Source: an uncultured Chryseobacterium sp. (lineage in GTDB: Bacteria; Bacteroidota; Bacteroidia; Flavobacteriales_F; PHOS-HE28). From it: DNA of 50,232 nucleotides. Made by a program: the position numbers and the translations under genes. The first letter of the stretch is position 1. Every line of letters begins with the position of its first letter. The notes below the pieces were generated by a model, which did no database searches, had not been told where the DNA came from, and saw only the letters and a list, made by a program, of their open reading frames with translations. Shown piece by piece: positions 1 through 8,103 of this stretch. The DNA is taken from NCBI GenBank assembly GCA_964559165.1, contig CAZLGY010000002.1, positions 1-50,232 of the forward strand, given 5' to 3'.

Positions 1-110
1 GCGCGTCGAAAGAGGACATCTCAGTAGGGGAAGGGGAGGGGGAAAGGCGCACCAACGGCGCCGGGAATGCCGTAAAGGTACGGACTTCCACGCTGGCAAA
101 GGGCTTCGGC

Positions 111-118
111 TATCTTTG
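111..118 (+). promoter_or_regulatory. Candidate Bacteroidota -7 promoter box TATCTTTG (consensus TAnnTTTG), 10 nt upstream of the ATG at 129
   Basis: Exact match to TAnnTTTG read at 111..118. The same octamer and similar flanks (cTATCTTTGnCCT...CCATG) recur at 14221..14228. No clear -33 TTTG element was seen. Confidence 0.4.
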
Positions 119-128
119 ACCTCCTGCC

Positions 129-371
129 ATGACCGTCCTCGAGGCCAGTTTCACGGGCACCTTACGCACGATCCTGGTGCTTGTGGCGCTCTGGTGGTTG
201 CTGCGGATGCTGCTCCGCTACCAGCAGCAGCGCACACCACCCGTGCACCGGAACCAGGAACGGCCCAGGCCCGCTGGTGAGGTTCGCATCGAACGGCCTG
301 GTGATACCGCAGTCCCCAGAGGCAGGAAAGGCGCCACCATCATCGACGCCGAATTCGAGGAGATCAACTAG
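129..371 (+). CDS. DUF4834-like small membrane protein
   Basis: 80-aa ORF with ATG start. It has an N-terminal hydrophobic helix (ILVLVALWWLLRMLL), a basic/Pro-rich linker and an acidic tail ending IIDAEFEEIN, the layout I associate with Bacteroidota DUF4834 proteins. It sits directly upstream of a YfhO gene. Confidence 0.55.
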   Translation: MTVLEASFTGTLRTILVLVALWWLLRMLLRYQQQRTPPVHRNQERPRPAGEVRIERPGDTAVPRGRKGATIIDAEFEEIN

Positions 372-394
372 CCGTCGCCGCCCAACGCACCTCC

Positions 395-3208
395 ATGAAA
401 CACATCCAATGGCGCTCCCTGTTGCCGGTGCTCTCCGCACTGGCGCTCTTCTATGCCCTGAGCCTGCTCTATTTCAGCCCGGTGCTTGAGGGTCGGCACC
501 TGGTTCAGGGTGACCTCAAGAACTGGCAGGGCATGGCCCAGGAGGTCCTGGAGCACCGTGATGCCAGCGGCGAGGACCCGCTCTGGACAGGCAGCATGTT
601 CAGCGGCATGCCGGCCTACCAGATCACGGTGCTTTGGACCGGCAACCTGCTGCGGTTCGCCGATTCCGCCTTCCATGGCTTCCTTCCGCGTCCGGCCAGC
701 TTCCTGTTCCTATACCTCCTGGGCATGTACATCCTCATGCGTTGCATGCGTGTGGATCCCTGGCTGGCCATTGTCGGCGCGGTCGCCTTCGGCTTCTCCT
801 CCTACTTCTTCGTGATCCTCGAAGCCGGCCACAACAGCAAGGCCAATGCCATCGGGTACATGCCCATGGTGCTGGGTGCCACCATTCTGTTGTTCCGCGA
901 CAGGGCTTGGTGGGGCGGGGCATTGCTGGCGCTCTTCCTGGGCCTGGAGATCGCCATGAACCACGTGCAGATCACGTACTACATGGCGATCGTGCTGCTG
1001 CTCTTCGCGCTGGCCGAAGCGGTGGGCTTCATCCGTTCGGGCCGTATTGGCGAGCTGGTGCAGCGTGCAGGCATTGGTGTGGTGGCCGTGCTGCTCGCCC
1101 TGGCCTGCAATATCGGATCGCTCTGGAGCACGTGGGAGTATGGCAAGTACACCACCCGCGGCCGCAGCGAGCTTACCATCCTGCCCGATGGCAGCGCAGC
1201 CTCAGGCATTCGCACCAGCGGCCTCGACCGCGATTATGTGACCGCGTGGAGCTACGGCAAGCAGGAGAGCTTCACCCTGCTGGTGCCCAACACGAAGGGT
1301 GGAGCGTCCGGGTCCATCATACGCTCGCAGGAGGACCTGCAGGCCATCAAGGACCCTGCCTTCCGCAATGCGGTGCTCAAGGAGTATCAGGACGGTGGCT
1401 ACATCAATAGCTATTGGGGTGATCAGCGCTTCACCTCCGGTCCGGTGTACATCGGTGCGCTCGTGGTGCTGTTGATGCTGCTGTCGCTGGCGCGGGCCGA
1501 AGGTGCCGCGCGCTGGTGGGTATTGGCCGCAGTGCCCCTCATCGCGGTGCTCCTGCTCATCGAAAGCCCGGTACTGGCCGGGGTCCTCATGTTCACCTAC
1601 CTGTTGAGCGGTCTGGCCTTCTGGCGTGATAGGCTCAGCTACGCGCTCTTCAGCGGTCTGTTGCTCACGCTCGTGCTCAGCTGGGGCCACAACTACATGC
1701 CGCTCACCGACTTCTTCCTGGACCATATCCCGGGCTACAGCAAGTTCCGCGCGGTCACCATCATCCTTGTCATCGTGGAACTTGCTGTGCCCGTCCTCGC
1801 CATCCGCTACCTTGATGAGCGGCTTCGCGCTGGGGCGTGGGACAAGGCCACCGAGAAGCGCGATCTGATGGTGGGTGGTGGGCTCGTGGTGCTGTTGCTC
1901 GCCTTCGCGGTGATGCCGACCACCTTCTTCCTGTTCATCAGCGATGCCGAACAGGAGCGCTACACCGCCCAAGCTGCTGCTGGTGGCGAAGCACAGGTGC
2001 AGGCGTTCGTGGACGACTTGAGGGCATTGCGCGTGGATGTGTTCCGGGCTGACGTGTGGCGCAGCCTGGGCTTCGTGGTGGCCGGACTGTTGCTGTTATG
2101 GTTGCATGGTCGCGGCAAGCTGGGCCGCGGTCTCGTGGTGGGTGCCATGGGCCTGCTGGTCCTGGTCGATCTGTGGGTGGTCGATAAGCGCTACGTGAAC
2201 AACGAGAAGGAGCGCGGCCGCTACCTGAGCTGGGAGGATGAACGCGCGAGCCGACTGCCCTTCAAGCCCACTGCGGCGGACAAGGCCATCCTGCAGGCCG
2301 AATGGAGCCCGGCCGCTGATGCCATCTTCCAGGATCTCCTCACCAAGACCAAGGCCGCACGCGCCGATGAACAGGGCCGCGACCGCATGGTGGGCAAGGA
2401 CGAGGAGGAGCTCCTGCGCTTCGCAGCGTTGCGGCGCGCAGCGGACCACCGTGTGCTCACCCTGGCCGATCCGTTCAACGATCCCAAGGTCAGCTACTTC
2501 CACAAGAGCGTGGGCGGTTACCACGGAGCCAAGCTGAAGCGCTACCAGGAGCTGATCGAGTTCCACCTCTCACCGGCCCTACAGCGGGTGATCACGGCGC
2601 TCCAGAGCGGCACCTCCATCCCTGCCATGGACAGCCTGCTGGCGCGGGAGGGCGTGCTCAACATGCTCAACACGCGCCACCTGATCTACAGTGCGGAGCG
2701 TGCCCCCATCCTCAACACCAATGCATTGGGCAGCGCCTGGTTCGTGGATGAACTGCGTTGGGTGAAGAGCGCTGATGAGGAGATCACCACGTTGGGCACC
2801 ATCGATCCTGCGCGCACCGTGCTGGTGGATGAGCGTGAACGGCCGCTGGTGGGTGGGGCCAAGGCCATTGCCGATCCGTCCGCATCGATCGCGCTGGAGC
2901 GTTACGCCACCAACGAGCTCCGCTACCGCAGCCGTTCCTCGCAGGGTGGCGTTGCGGTGATGAGCGCCATCTGGTACGGTCCCGACTGGCAGGCCTACAT
3001 CGATGGCAAGCCCGTTCCGCACTTCCGCGCCAACTATGTGTTGCGTGGCATCGCCCTGCCGGCCGGTGAGCACGAGGTGGTGTTCCGCTTGGAGAGCCGC
3101 CCCTACCGCACCGGACAGAACGTGAGCATGGCCGCCAGCATCGCGGTGCTGTTGCTGGTCATTGGTGCCTTGTTCCGCCGCGTGCGTTCGCAGGAGCCTG
3201 CCGCATGA
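395..3208 (+). CDS. YfhO family polytopic membrane protein (GT-C-like glycosyltransferase candidate), 937 aa
   Basis: The N-terminus (FSPVLEGRHLVQGDLKNWQGMAQE...LWTGSMFSGMPAYQI) matches the conserved YfhO start. There are many hydrophobic segments, a large soluble C-terminal part and a final TM helix. Its stop overlaps the next start (ATGA at 3205). Confidence 0.8.
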   Translation: MKHIQWRSLLPVLSALALFYALSLLYFSPVLEGRHLVQGDLKNWQGMAQEVLEHRDASGEDPLWTGSMFSGMPAYQITVLWTGNLLRFADSAFHGFLPRPASFLFLYLLGMYILMRCMRVDPWLAIVGAVAFGFSSYFFVILEAGHNSKANAIGYMPMVLGATILLFRDRAWWGGALLALFLGLEIAMNHVQITYYMAIVLLLFALAEAVGFIRSGRIGELVQRAGIGVVAVLLALACNIGSLWSTWEYGKYTTRGRSELTILPDGSAASGIRTSGLDRDYVTAWSYGKQESFTLLVPNTKGGASGSIIRSQEDLQAIKDPAFRNAVLKEYQDGGYINSYWGDQRFTSGPVYIGALVVLLMLLSLARAEGAARWWVLAAVPLIAVLLLIESPVLAGVLMFTYLLSGLAFWRDRLSYALFSGLLLTLVLSWGHNYMPLTDFFLDHIPGYSKFRAVTIILVIVELAVPVLAIRYLDERLRAGAWDKATEKRDLMVGGGLVVLLLAFAVMPTTFFLFISDAEQERYTAQAAAGGEAQVQAFVDDLRALRVDVFRADVWRSLGFVVAGLLLLWLHGRGKLGRGLVVGAMGLLVLVDLWVVDKRYVNNEKERGRYLSWEDERASRLPFKPTAADKAILQAEWSPAADAIFQDLLTKTKAARADEQGRDRMVGKDEEELLRFAALRRAADHRVLTLADPFNDPKVSYFHKSVGGYHGAKLKRYQELIEFHLSPALQRVITALQSGTSIPAMDSLLAREGVLNMLNTRHLIYSAERAPILNTNALGSAWFVDELRWVKSADEEITTLGTIDPARTVLVDERERPLVGGAKAIADPSASIALERYATNELRYRSRSSQGGVAVMSAIWYGPDWQAYIDGKPVPHFRANYVLRGIALPAGEHEVVFRLESRPYRTGQNVSMAASIAVLLLVIGALFRRVRSQEPAA

Positions 3209-4476
3209 AGCGGGTGCTCATCATCAGCTACTACTGGCCGCCCAACGGTGGCGCGGGTGTGTACCGCTGGTTGAAGATGAGCAAGTACCTGCCCGAGCAT
3301 GGCTGGCAGCCGGTGGTGTACACTCCATCCAACCCGGAGATGGCTGCCGAGGATCCGGGCTTGGTGAAGGAGGTCGGTGCGGGGGTGGAAGTGATCAGGC
3401 GCCCGATCACCGAACCTTTCAGCCTCTACAAGCGCTTCACGGGTCGCCGCCAGGATGAGCGGGTGCAGACCGCCTTCCTCAGCGAACGCAGCAGCGGCGG
3501 GTGGAAGGAGGACCTTGCCCTGTGGGTGCGCAGCAACTTCTTTGTTCCTGATGCCCGGGTATGGTGGGTGCGTCCTTCCGTGCGCCACCTCACAGCCTAC
3601 CTGCACCAGCACCCGGTGGATGCGATCGTGAGCACAGGTCCTCCGCACAGCATGCACCTCATCGCGTGGAGGCTCAAGCAGGCCACCGGTATCCCATGGC
3701 TGGCCGACTTCCGCGATCCATGGACCGACATCGACTACTATGGACAGCTGAAGTTATCGCGGTGGGCCGACCGCCGGCACCATCGCTTGGAGCGTACGGT
3801 GCTGCAGGAGGCCGACGCGGTGGTCACCGTCAGTTGGAGTTGGGCGCGCGACCTGGCACGCATCGGCGGTCGTGCGGTGGAAGTGGTCACCAACGGTTAC
3901 GATGGTGCCGATGTGCCTCATCCGCCTGAACCCGTGGATGAGCGCTGGAGCTTGGTGCATGTGGGCAGCATGAGCGCCACCCGGGACCTGCCCGGACTGT
4001 GGAAGGCACTTGCCCTGCGCATGGAGACCGATGCCGAACTGCGCGATCGCTTCGTACTGCGCTTCATCGGTCCGGTGGACCACAGCGTGGTGGAGAGCGC
4101 CACCGCCGCCGGTCTTGGTGGGTACATCGAACGGGCCGGCCGGGTGAGCCATGCAGAAGCCATGCGCGCCATGCAGCGTGCCAGGGTGTTGTTGCTGCCC
4201 ATCAACGACACGCCCAACAGCGCTGGTATTCTGCCGGGTAAGTTGTACGAGTACCTCTCTGTGGGGCGACCGGTGGTGGCGGTGGGCCCTGCCGAAGCTG
4301 ACGTGGCACGGGTGCTGGACGGCCGGCTGTTGATGCCACGCGATCCCGATCCTGCGCAGGTGGGTCGGCTGCGGGCCTTGCTGGCCAATGGTACGCCGCA
4401 GGCCCGGCCGGATCCACAGTATGACCGCCGTGAATTGGCAGGGCGGATGGCGGCGCTGTTGCACCGGCTTGGGTAG
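3205..4476 (+). CDS. Glycosyltransferase family 4 (GT-B, group 1)
   Basis: The N-terminus MKRVLIISYYWPPNGGAGVYRW is typical of GT4 N-domains. The C-terminal region LPGKLYEYLSVGRPVV resembles the EX7E region. It has a 4-nt ATGA overlap with the YfhO gene. Confidence 0.85.
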   Translation: MKRVLIISYYWPPNGGAGVYRWLKMSKYLPEHGWQPVVYTPSNPEMAAEDPGLVKEVGAGVEVIRRPITEPFSLYKRFTGRRQDERVQTAFLSERSSGGWKEDLALWVRSNFFVPDARVWWVRPSVRHLTAYLHQHPVDAIVSTGPPHSMHLIAWRLKQATGIPWLADFRDPWTDIDYYGQLKLSRWADRRHHRLERTVLQEADAVVTVSWSWARDLARIGGRAVEVVTNGYDGADVPHPPEPVDERWSLVHVGSMSATRDLPGLWKALALRMETDAELRDRFVLRFIGPVDHSVVESATAAGLGGYIERAGRVSHAEAMRAMQRARVLLLPINDTPNSAGILPGKLYEYLSVGRPVVAVGPAEADVARVLDGRLLMPRDPDPAQVGRLRALLANGTPQARPDPQYDRRELAGRMAALLHRLG

Positions 4477-4488
4477 CTTCGGCGCGTC

Positions 4489-5958
4489 ATGGGCACAGTG
4501 ATCCGCCAGGCCACCCTCAATGCGCTCCTCAGCTACCTGGGCATCGCGCTCGGCTTTGTCAATGTGGTGGTGCTGTACCCGAAGGTGCTGCAGACCGATG
4601 AGTTCGGCCTTACGCGCCTCTTGCTGTCGGTGACGACGATGGCTGCGCAGATCGCTCAACTGGGCGCCGAGAACACGATCATCCGCTACTTCCCCTACTT
4701 CCGCGACCGTGAACGGGCGCACCGGGGCATGCTTTCGGGCATCCTGCTGTTCGCGCTGGCCACGGGCCTTGCCAGCATGGCGTTGCTCTGGCTGGCCCAT
4801 CCATGGCTTACCCAGGTCTTTGCCGACCGCAATGCGCTATACGGGCATCTTGGTCTGCTGGTGCTTCCGCTGGTGTTCTCGGAGATCGTGTTCATCCTTT
4901 TGCGCAGCTACAGCCGCGCATTGCACCGCACGGTGCAGCCCACCTTCCTGCGTGAATTCGTGCTGCGCATCGGCCAAACGGCGCTCATCGCCTGGCAGGC
5001 GATCGATCCGATGCCGTTCCGGCTGTTCCTGCTGCTGTACGTGGGCGTGTTCCTGGTCACCACGGTGGCCCTTGCTGCCGATCTGTGGAGGCAGGGCCTG
5101 CTGGTGACCGGTTGGCGGCATCGCTGGTGGCCGCGCCGCCTGCGCCGCAGCATGATGATCTACAGCGGCTTCACCCTTTCGGCCAGCCTGGCCGGGATGG
5201 TGTTGGGCAATATGGACCAGCTGATGATCGGTGCACTTCTCGGGCGTGATGCTTTGACGGATGTGGCACATTACGCGGTGGCCTTCTACTTCGGTTCGGT
5301 CATCGCCACGCCGGGTCGTGCACTCACGCAGGCGGCGGTTCCACACCTGGCGGATGCGTGGCGACGCAGGGACCATGCGGCCATCACCTCCATGTACGAG
5401 CGCTCCTCCTTCATGATGTTGCTCGTTTCAGGCCTTTGCTACCTGTTGCTTTGGGCTGCCAGCGATGTGTTCTTCGGTTTTCTTCCCGCTGATTACGCCC
5501 ACGCGTCACGCATCTCGCTCATCATAGGGATGGCCTACCTGCTTACCAGTTCCATCGGTCTCAGCGTGGGCATCATCAGCATGTCCAAGGCATACCGCCT
5601 CGATGCATGGAGCAGCCTGAGCATGTTGGTGATCAACGTGGTGGCCAACTTCATCCTGGTGCGTTCCATGGGCATCGAGGGCGCCGCATGGGCCACGCTG
5701 CTCTCGCTGGCTTCGGTGAACGCTTATCGTACGTGGTTCCTGTGGAAGCGCTACCGGTTGTGGCCATGGTCGGGTCGCACTGGCTGGTGCATGGTGGCGC
5801 TCGGCGGCGCGATGCTGGCCATGTGGCTGTTACCATCCTCCGGTAAGGCCTGGGGCGATATGCTGTTGCGCCTGTTCGTTGCGGCGGCCGTGATGTTGCC
5901 GTTCGTTCGCCGCACGGGAGTGCTGGCGGAGCTGCGTGCCATGGTGGGCCGGAACTGA
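4489..5958 (+). CDS. Wzx-like oligosaccharide flippase / polysaccharide biosynthesis protein (MOP superfamily)
   Basis: 489 aa and about 12-14 hydrophobic segments. The N-terminus ATLNALLSYLGIALGFVNVVVLYPKVL...IIRYFPYF is typical of Bacteroidota lipopolysaccharide biosynthesis flippases. Confidence 0.8.
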   Translation: MGTVIRQATLNALLSYLGIALGFVNVVVLYPKVLQTDEFGLTRLLLSVTTMAAQIAQLGAENTIIRYFPYFRDRERAHRGMLSGILLFALATGLASMALLWLAHPWLTQVFADRNALYGHLGLLVLPLVFSEIVFILLRSYSRALHRTVQPTFLREFVLRIGQTALIAWQAIDPMPFRLFLLLYVGVFLVTTVALAADLWRQGLLVTGWRHRWWPRRLRRSMMIYSGFTLSASLAGMVLGNMDQLMIGALLGRDALTDVAHYAVAFYFGSVIATPGRALTQAAVPHLADAWRRRDHAAITSMYERSSFMMLLVSGLCYLLLWAASDVFFGFLPADYAHASRISLIIGMAYLLTSSIGLSVGIISMSKAYRLDAWSSLSMLVINVVANFILVRSMGIEGAAWATLLSLASVNAYRTWFLWKRYRLWPWSGRTGWCMVALGGAMLAMWLLPSSGKAWGDMLLRLFVAAAVMLPFVRRTGVLAELRAMVGRN

Positions 5959-5963
5959 TCGGG

Positions 5964-6623
5964 TCAGCCGATCTTCCTGATGGCGAAGCTGAGGTGCCGG
6001 TCCGTTTCGTGTGTCAACAGGAACAGCTCCCAGTCATGCTTCACGCAGAATTCATGGACGGCCTCCACCACACCATAGCGCACGCCGCCATCCCAATTCC
6101 CGGTCACGTAATCATGTCCCGCGATGATGCCTCCCGGCTTCACCTTCAAGCGGCATAGCTCCAATTCCGCAGCCGTTACGATATACCCGTGGTCGGTGTC
6201 GATGTAGACCCAGTCGAAGGTGGCATCCGTGTAGCGTTGCAGGACATCAGTGGAAAGGCCCAGGTCGATGTGCACCTGGCCCGAAGCGATCTGTGTCTTG
6301 AACTTGTTGCGAACGATGTCTTGCAGCCCGCCGTGGTAGCGCTTGCTGGACCACATGTCGATGAGGTGCAGGCGTTGTGGTCGCGTGATGTCCAGGATCA
6401 TGGCGGAGAAGTCACCATGGTCCACACCTGCTTCAGCCACCACCCCTCCTTTCGGAAGCTGCTCCAGGAAGGCTTTGCGATCCGTGACGATGCGAAGGTT
6501 GGCGAGGTGCCGATGCGCCAGTTCCACGCTGGGTATGCGGGCGCTTTGGGCGGCCCGTGCCTTGCCCAGCAGGGTGTTCAACACGCGGTACACCGGTTTT
6601 GCGATCGCACGCAGGAGGCTCAT
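5964..6623 (-). CDS. Class I SAM-dependent methyltransferase
   Basis: 219 aa. Motif I-like VAEAGVDHGDFS, then DWVYIDTDHGY and GGIIAGHDY (TylF/CmcI-like fold). ATGA overlap with the upstream GT4. It is convergent with the flippase across only a 5-nt gap. Confidence 0.7.
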   Translation of the reverse strand: MSLLRAIAKPVYRVLNTLLGKARAAQSARIPSVELAHRHLANLRIVTDRKAFLEQLPKGGVVAEAGVDHGDFSAMILDITRPQRLHLIDMWSSKRYHGGLQDIVRNKFKTQIASGQVHIDLGLSTDVLQRYTDATFDWVYIDTDHGYIVTAAELELCRLKVKPGGIIAGHDYVTGNWDGGVRYGVVEAVHEFCVKHDWELFLLTHETDRHLSFAIRKIG

Positions 6624-7684
6624 TCGGATCCGTGTTGGTCCATCACGGACAACAGCGCCGTGATGCGTTCTTCGATCGTCAAAGGTGCGATCCTGTCCCG
6701 GATCTTGGATCGCGTGGAATGAGAAGTGCGTTCAGGGTCACCCAGGATGCGTTCGATCGAAGCCTTCAGGACGGCTGCTTCATGATGCTCCATCACCTCT
6801 CCAAGACCATCTACGATCGAGGGCATGGAGGTGATCTGCGAGACCACGGGCACACAGCCGGAAAGCATTGCTTCGCACACGGCGTTGGGGAAGCCTTCCA
6901 TGACGGAAGGCTGCAGGTAAAGCGAGTGCTGGATGAGCAGTTCATGCAGTCGTTCCGGGCTTACCCTGCCCCGAACGGTGACGTTCGTCGGCACGTTGCC
7001 ATAGCCCGATACGTCCGCCACCCCCACGATGGTGAACTGCAGGTCCGGCATCAATGCGGCACACGCGATGATCTTGTCGAGCCCCTTGCGGTGATGAACG
7101 GCATCATTCCACCGTGCCCCATAGGCCACACATATCGCACCTTGCCGCGTGGCTGTGGCTTCGGGCAGTGACCACCGCATGGCGTCGAAGCCATAGGGGA
7201 TGGCCACGCTCCGGGCGGTGGCAGCACCGGTCAGTGTTCCGTATCCCTGGGCTGTCGGGCCATGGTCGCTGTATGCGTTCGTGAAGTGTTCCAGGCAGGC
7301 ATGGACCGGCAGGAGCGTATCGGCTTGCCGGTACACGAAGCGCAGCACAGCTGCAAGCGGTTGCTTCCGGAAGCCTCCGTAGTTGATGCCGGGGAACGAG
7401 CACGCATCGCTGCCTGCGATGATCACGTGTGTGCGGAACCCCAGCAGGATGGGAAGCAGCGCGTGGTAACCACCGAAATGGACGAACACCTGGCGCACGC
7501 CTGCCATCCGGGCCTTCAACAGGAAGAGGAGCTGCGCCGCAAGGTCAATGGGAAGCATCCAGTTGGGGCCATGCTCGAACAGGTGCACCAGGACCGTACA
7601 TCGGGTTCCGAGCCCTTCCACGTCCTTCCGTACGAAGTGGAAGGCCTGTGGGGCGCAGTAGGCCACCTTCATGGTGTTGTTCAT
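6620..7684 (-). CDS. Glycosyltransferase family 4 (group 1)
   Basis: C-terminal SVMEGFPNAVCEAMLSGCVPVV is the GT1/GT4 sugar-donor motif. I chose the start at ATG 7684 (MNNTMKVAY...) because the track ORF start at 7762 would overlap the DUF2147 gene, which ends at 7687. ATG 7672 is also possible. Confidence 0.8.
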   Translation of the reverse strand: MNNTMKVAYCAPQAFHFVRKDVEGLGTRCTVLVHLFEHGPNWMLPIDLAAQLLFLLKARMAGVRQVFVHFGGYHALLPILLGFRTHVIIAGSDACSFPGINYGGFRKQPLAAVLRFVYRQADTLLPVHACLEHFTNAYSDHGPTAQGYGTLTGAATARSVAIPYGFDAMRWSLPEATATRQGAICVAYGARWNDAVHHRKGLDKIIACAALMPDLQFTIVGVADVSGYGNVPTNVTVRGRVSPERLHELLIQHSLYLQPSVMEGFPNAVCEAMLSGCVPVVSQITSMPSIVDGLGEVMEHHEAAVLKASIERILGDPERTSHSTRSKIRDRIAPLTIEERITALLSVMDQHGSE

Positions 7685-7686
7685 TT

Positions 7687-8100
7687 TCACCGGATCCATT
7701 CCTGTGTCCGGAAGAAGAAGGCGAGATACCCGCGTACCATGAGCCTGCCGTTCTCGAGCCACAATTTGCAGTCATAGACCTTGCCGCTCTCGGGGTCCAG
7801 GATGGTGCCACCGCTCCATGTGCCATCGCTCAGCCTCATTCCACGGATGATCTCCAGCCCCACGATGCGCTGGTCCTTCCGGTCACCGGGGCATTTCCCG
7901 CAGCGCTTGTCCAGGTTGGATCGCTCATGCAGGTCCACGATCCTGCCGCTGAGCACACCATTGCTCACCTGAAGGTCCACCACACTGCGCGGTCTGCCCG
8001 TGTTGTCATCGATCGTTGTCCATTTTCCGGTCGGATCCTGTGCGCGCAACAGGATCGGGACCAGCACCAGGAATAGAAGGGCAGGAAGCCGTACCATCAT
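7687..8100 (-). CDS. DUF2147 domain secreted protein
   Basis: 137 aa. Signal peptide MMVRLPALLFLVLVPILLRAQD, then GKWTTIDDNTGRPRSVV...GGTILDPESGKVYDCKLWLENGRLMVRGY, which matches the DUF2147 pattern. It contains a CGKC (CxxC) motif. It starts 3 nt after the stop of the M1 peptidase gene. Confidence 0.7.
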   Translation of the reverse strand: MMVRLPALLFLVLVPILLRAQDPTGKWTTIDDNTGRPRSVVDLQVSNGVLSGRIVDLHERSNLDKRCGKCPGDRKDQRIVGLEIIRGMRLSDGTWSGGTILDPESGKVYDCKLWLENGRLMVRGYLAFFFRTQEWIR

Positions 8101-8103
8101 GTT

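Noticed and set aside
3-12. 10-mer GCGTCGAAAG shared with the left arm region of the palindrome at 28896..28905
   Set aside because: It is a single extra copy, lying inside a probable coding start at the window edge. It is compatible with chance and there is no dyad partner at this site.
1-19. Possible start of a minus-strand gene (ATG at 19..17, reading MSSFDA... off the left edge)
   Set aside because: Only six codons are visible, which is too little to support a call.
27-47. G-rich tract GGGGAAGGGGAGGGGGAAAGG (possible G-quadruplex or SD-like element)
   Set aside because: It has only three G4+ runs plus a GG, and no ORF follows it on the plus strand. It lies in a divergent intergenic region at the window edge, so context is missing.
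3754-4800. 348-aa minus-strand ORF. Similar ORFs occur at 35466..36449 and 1202..1972.
   Set aside because: They are antisense to GT4/flippase, rluD/sulfotransferase and YfhO respectively, and have no motifs.
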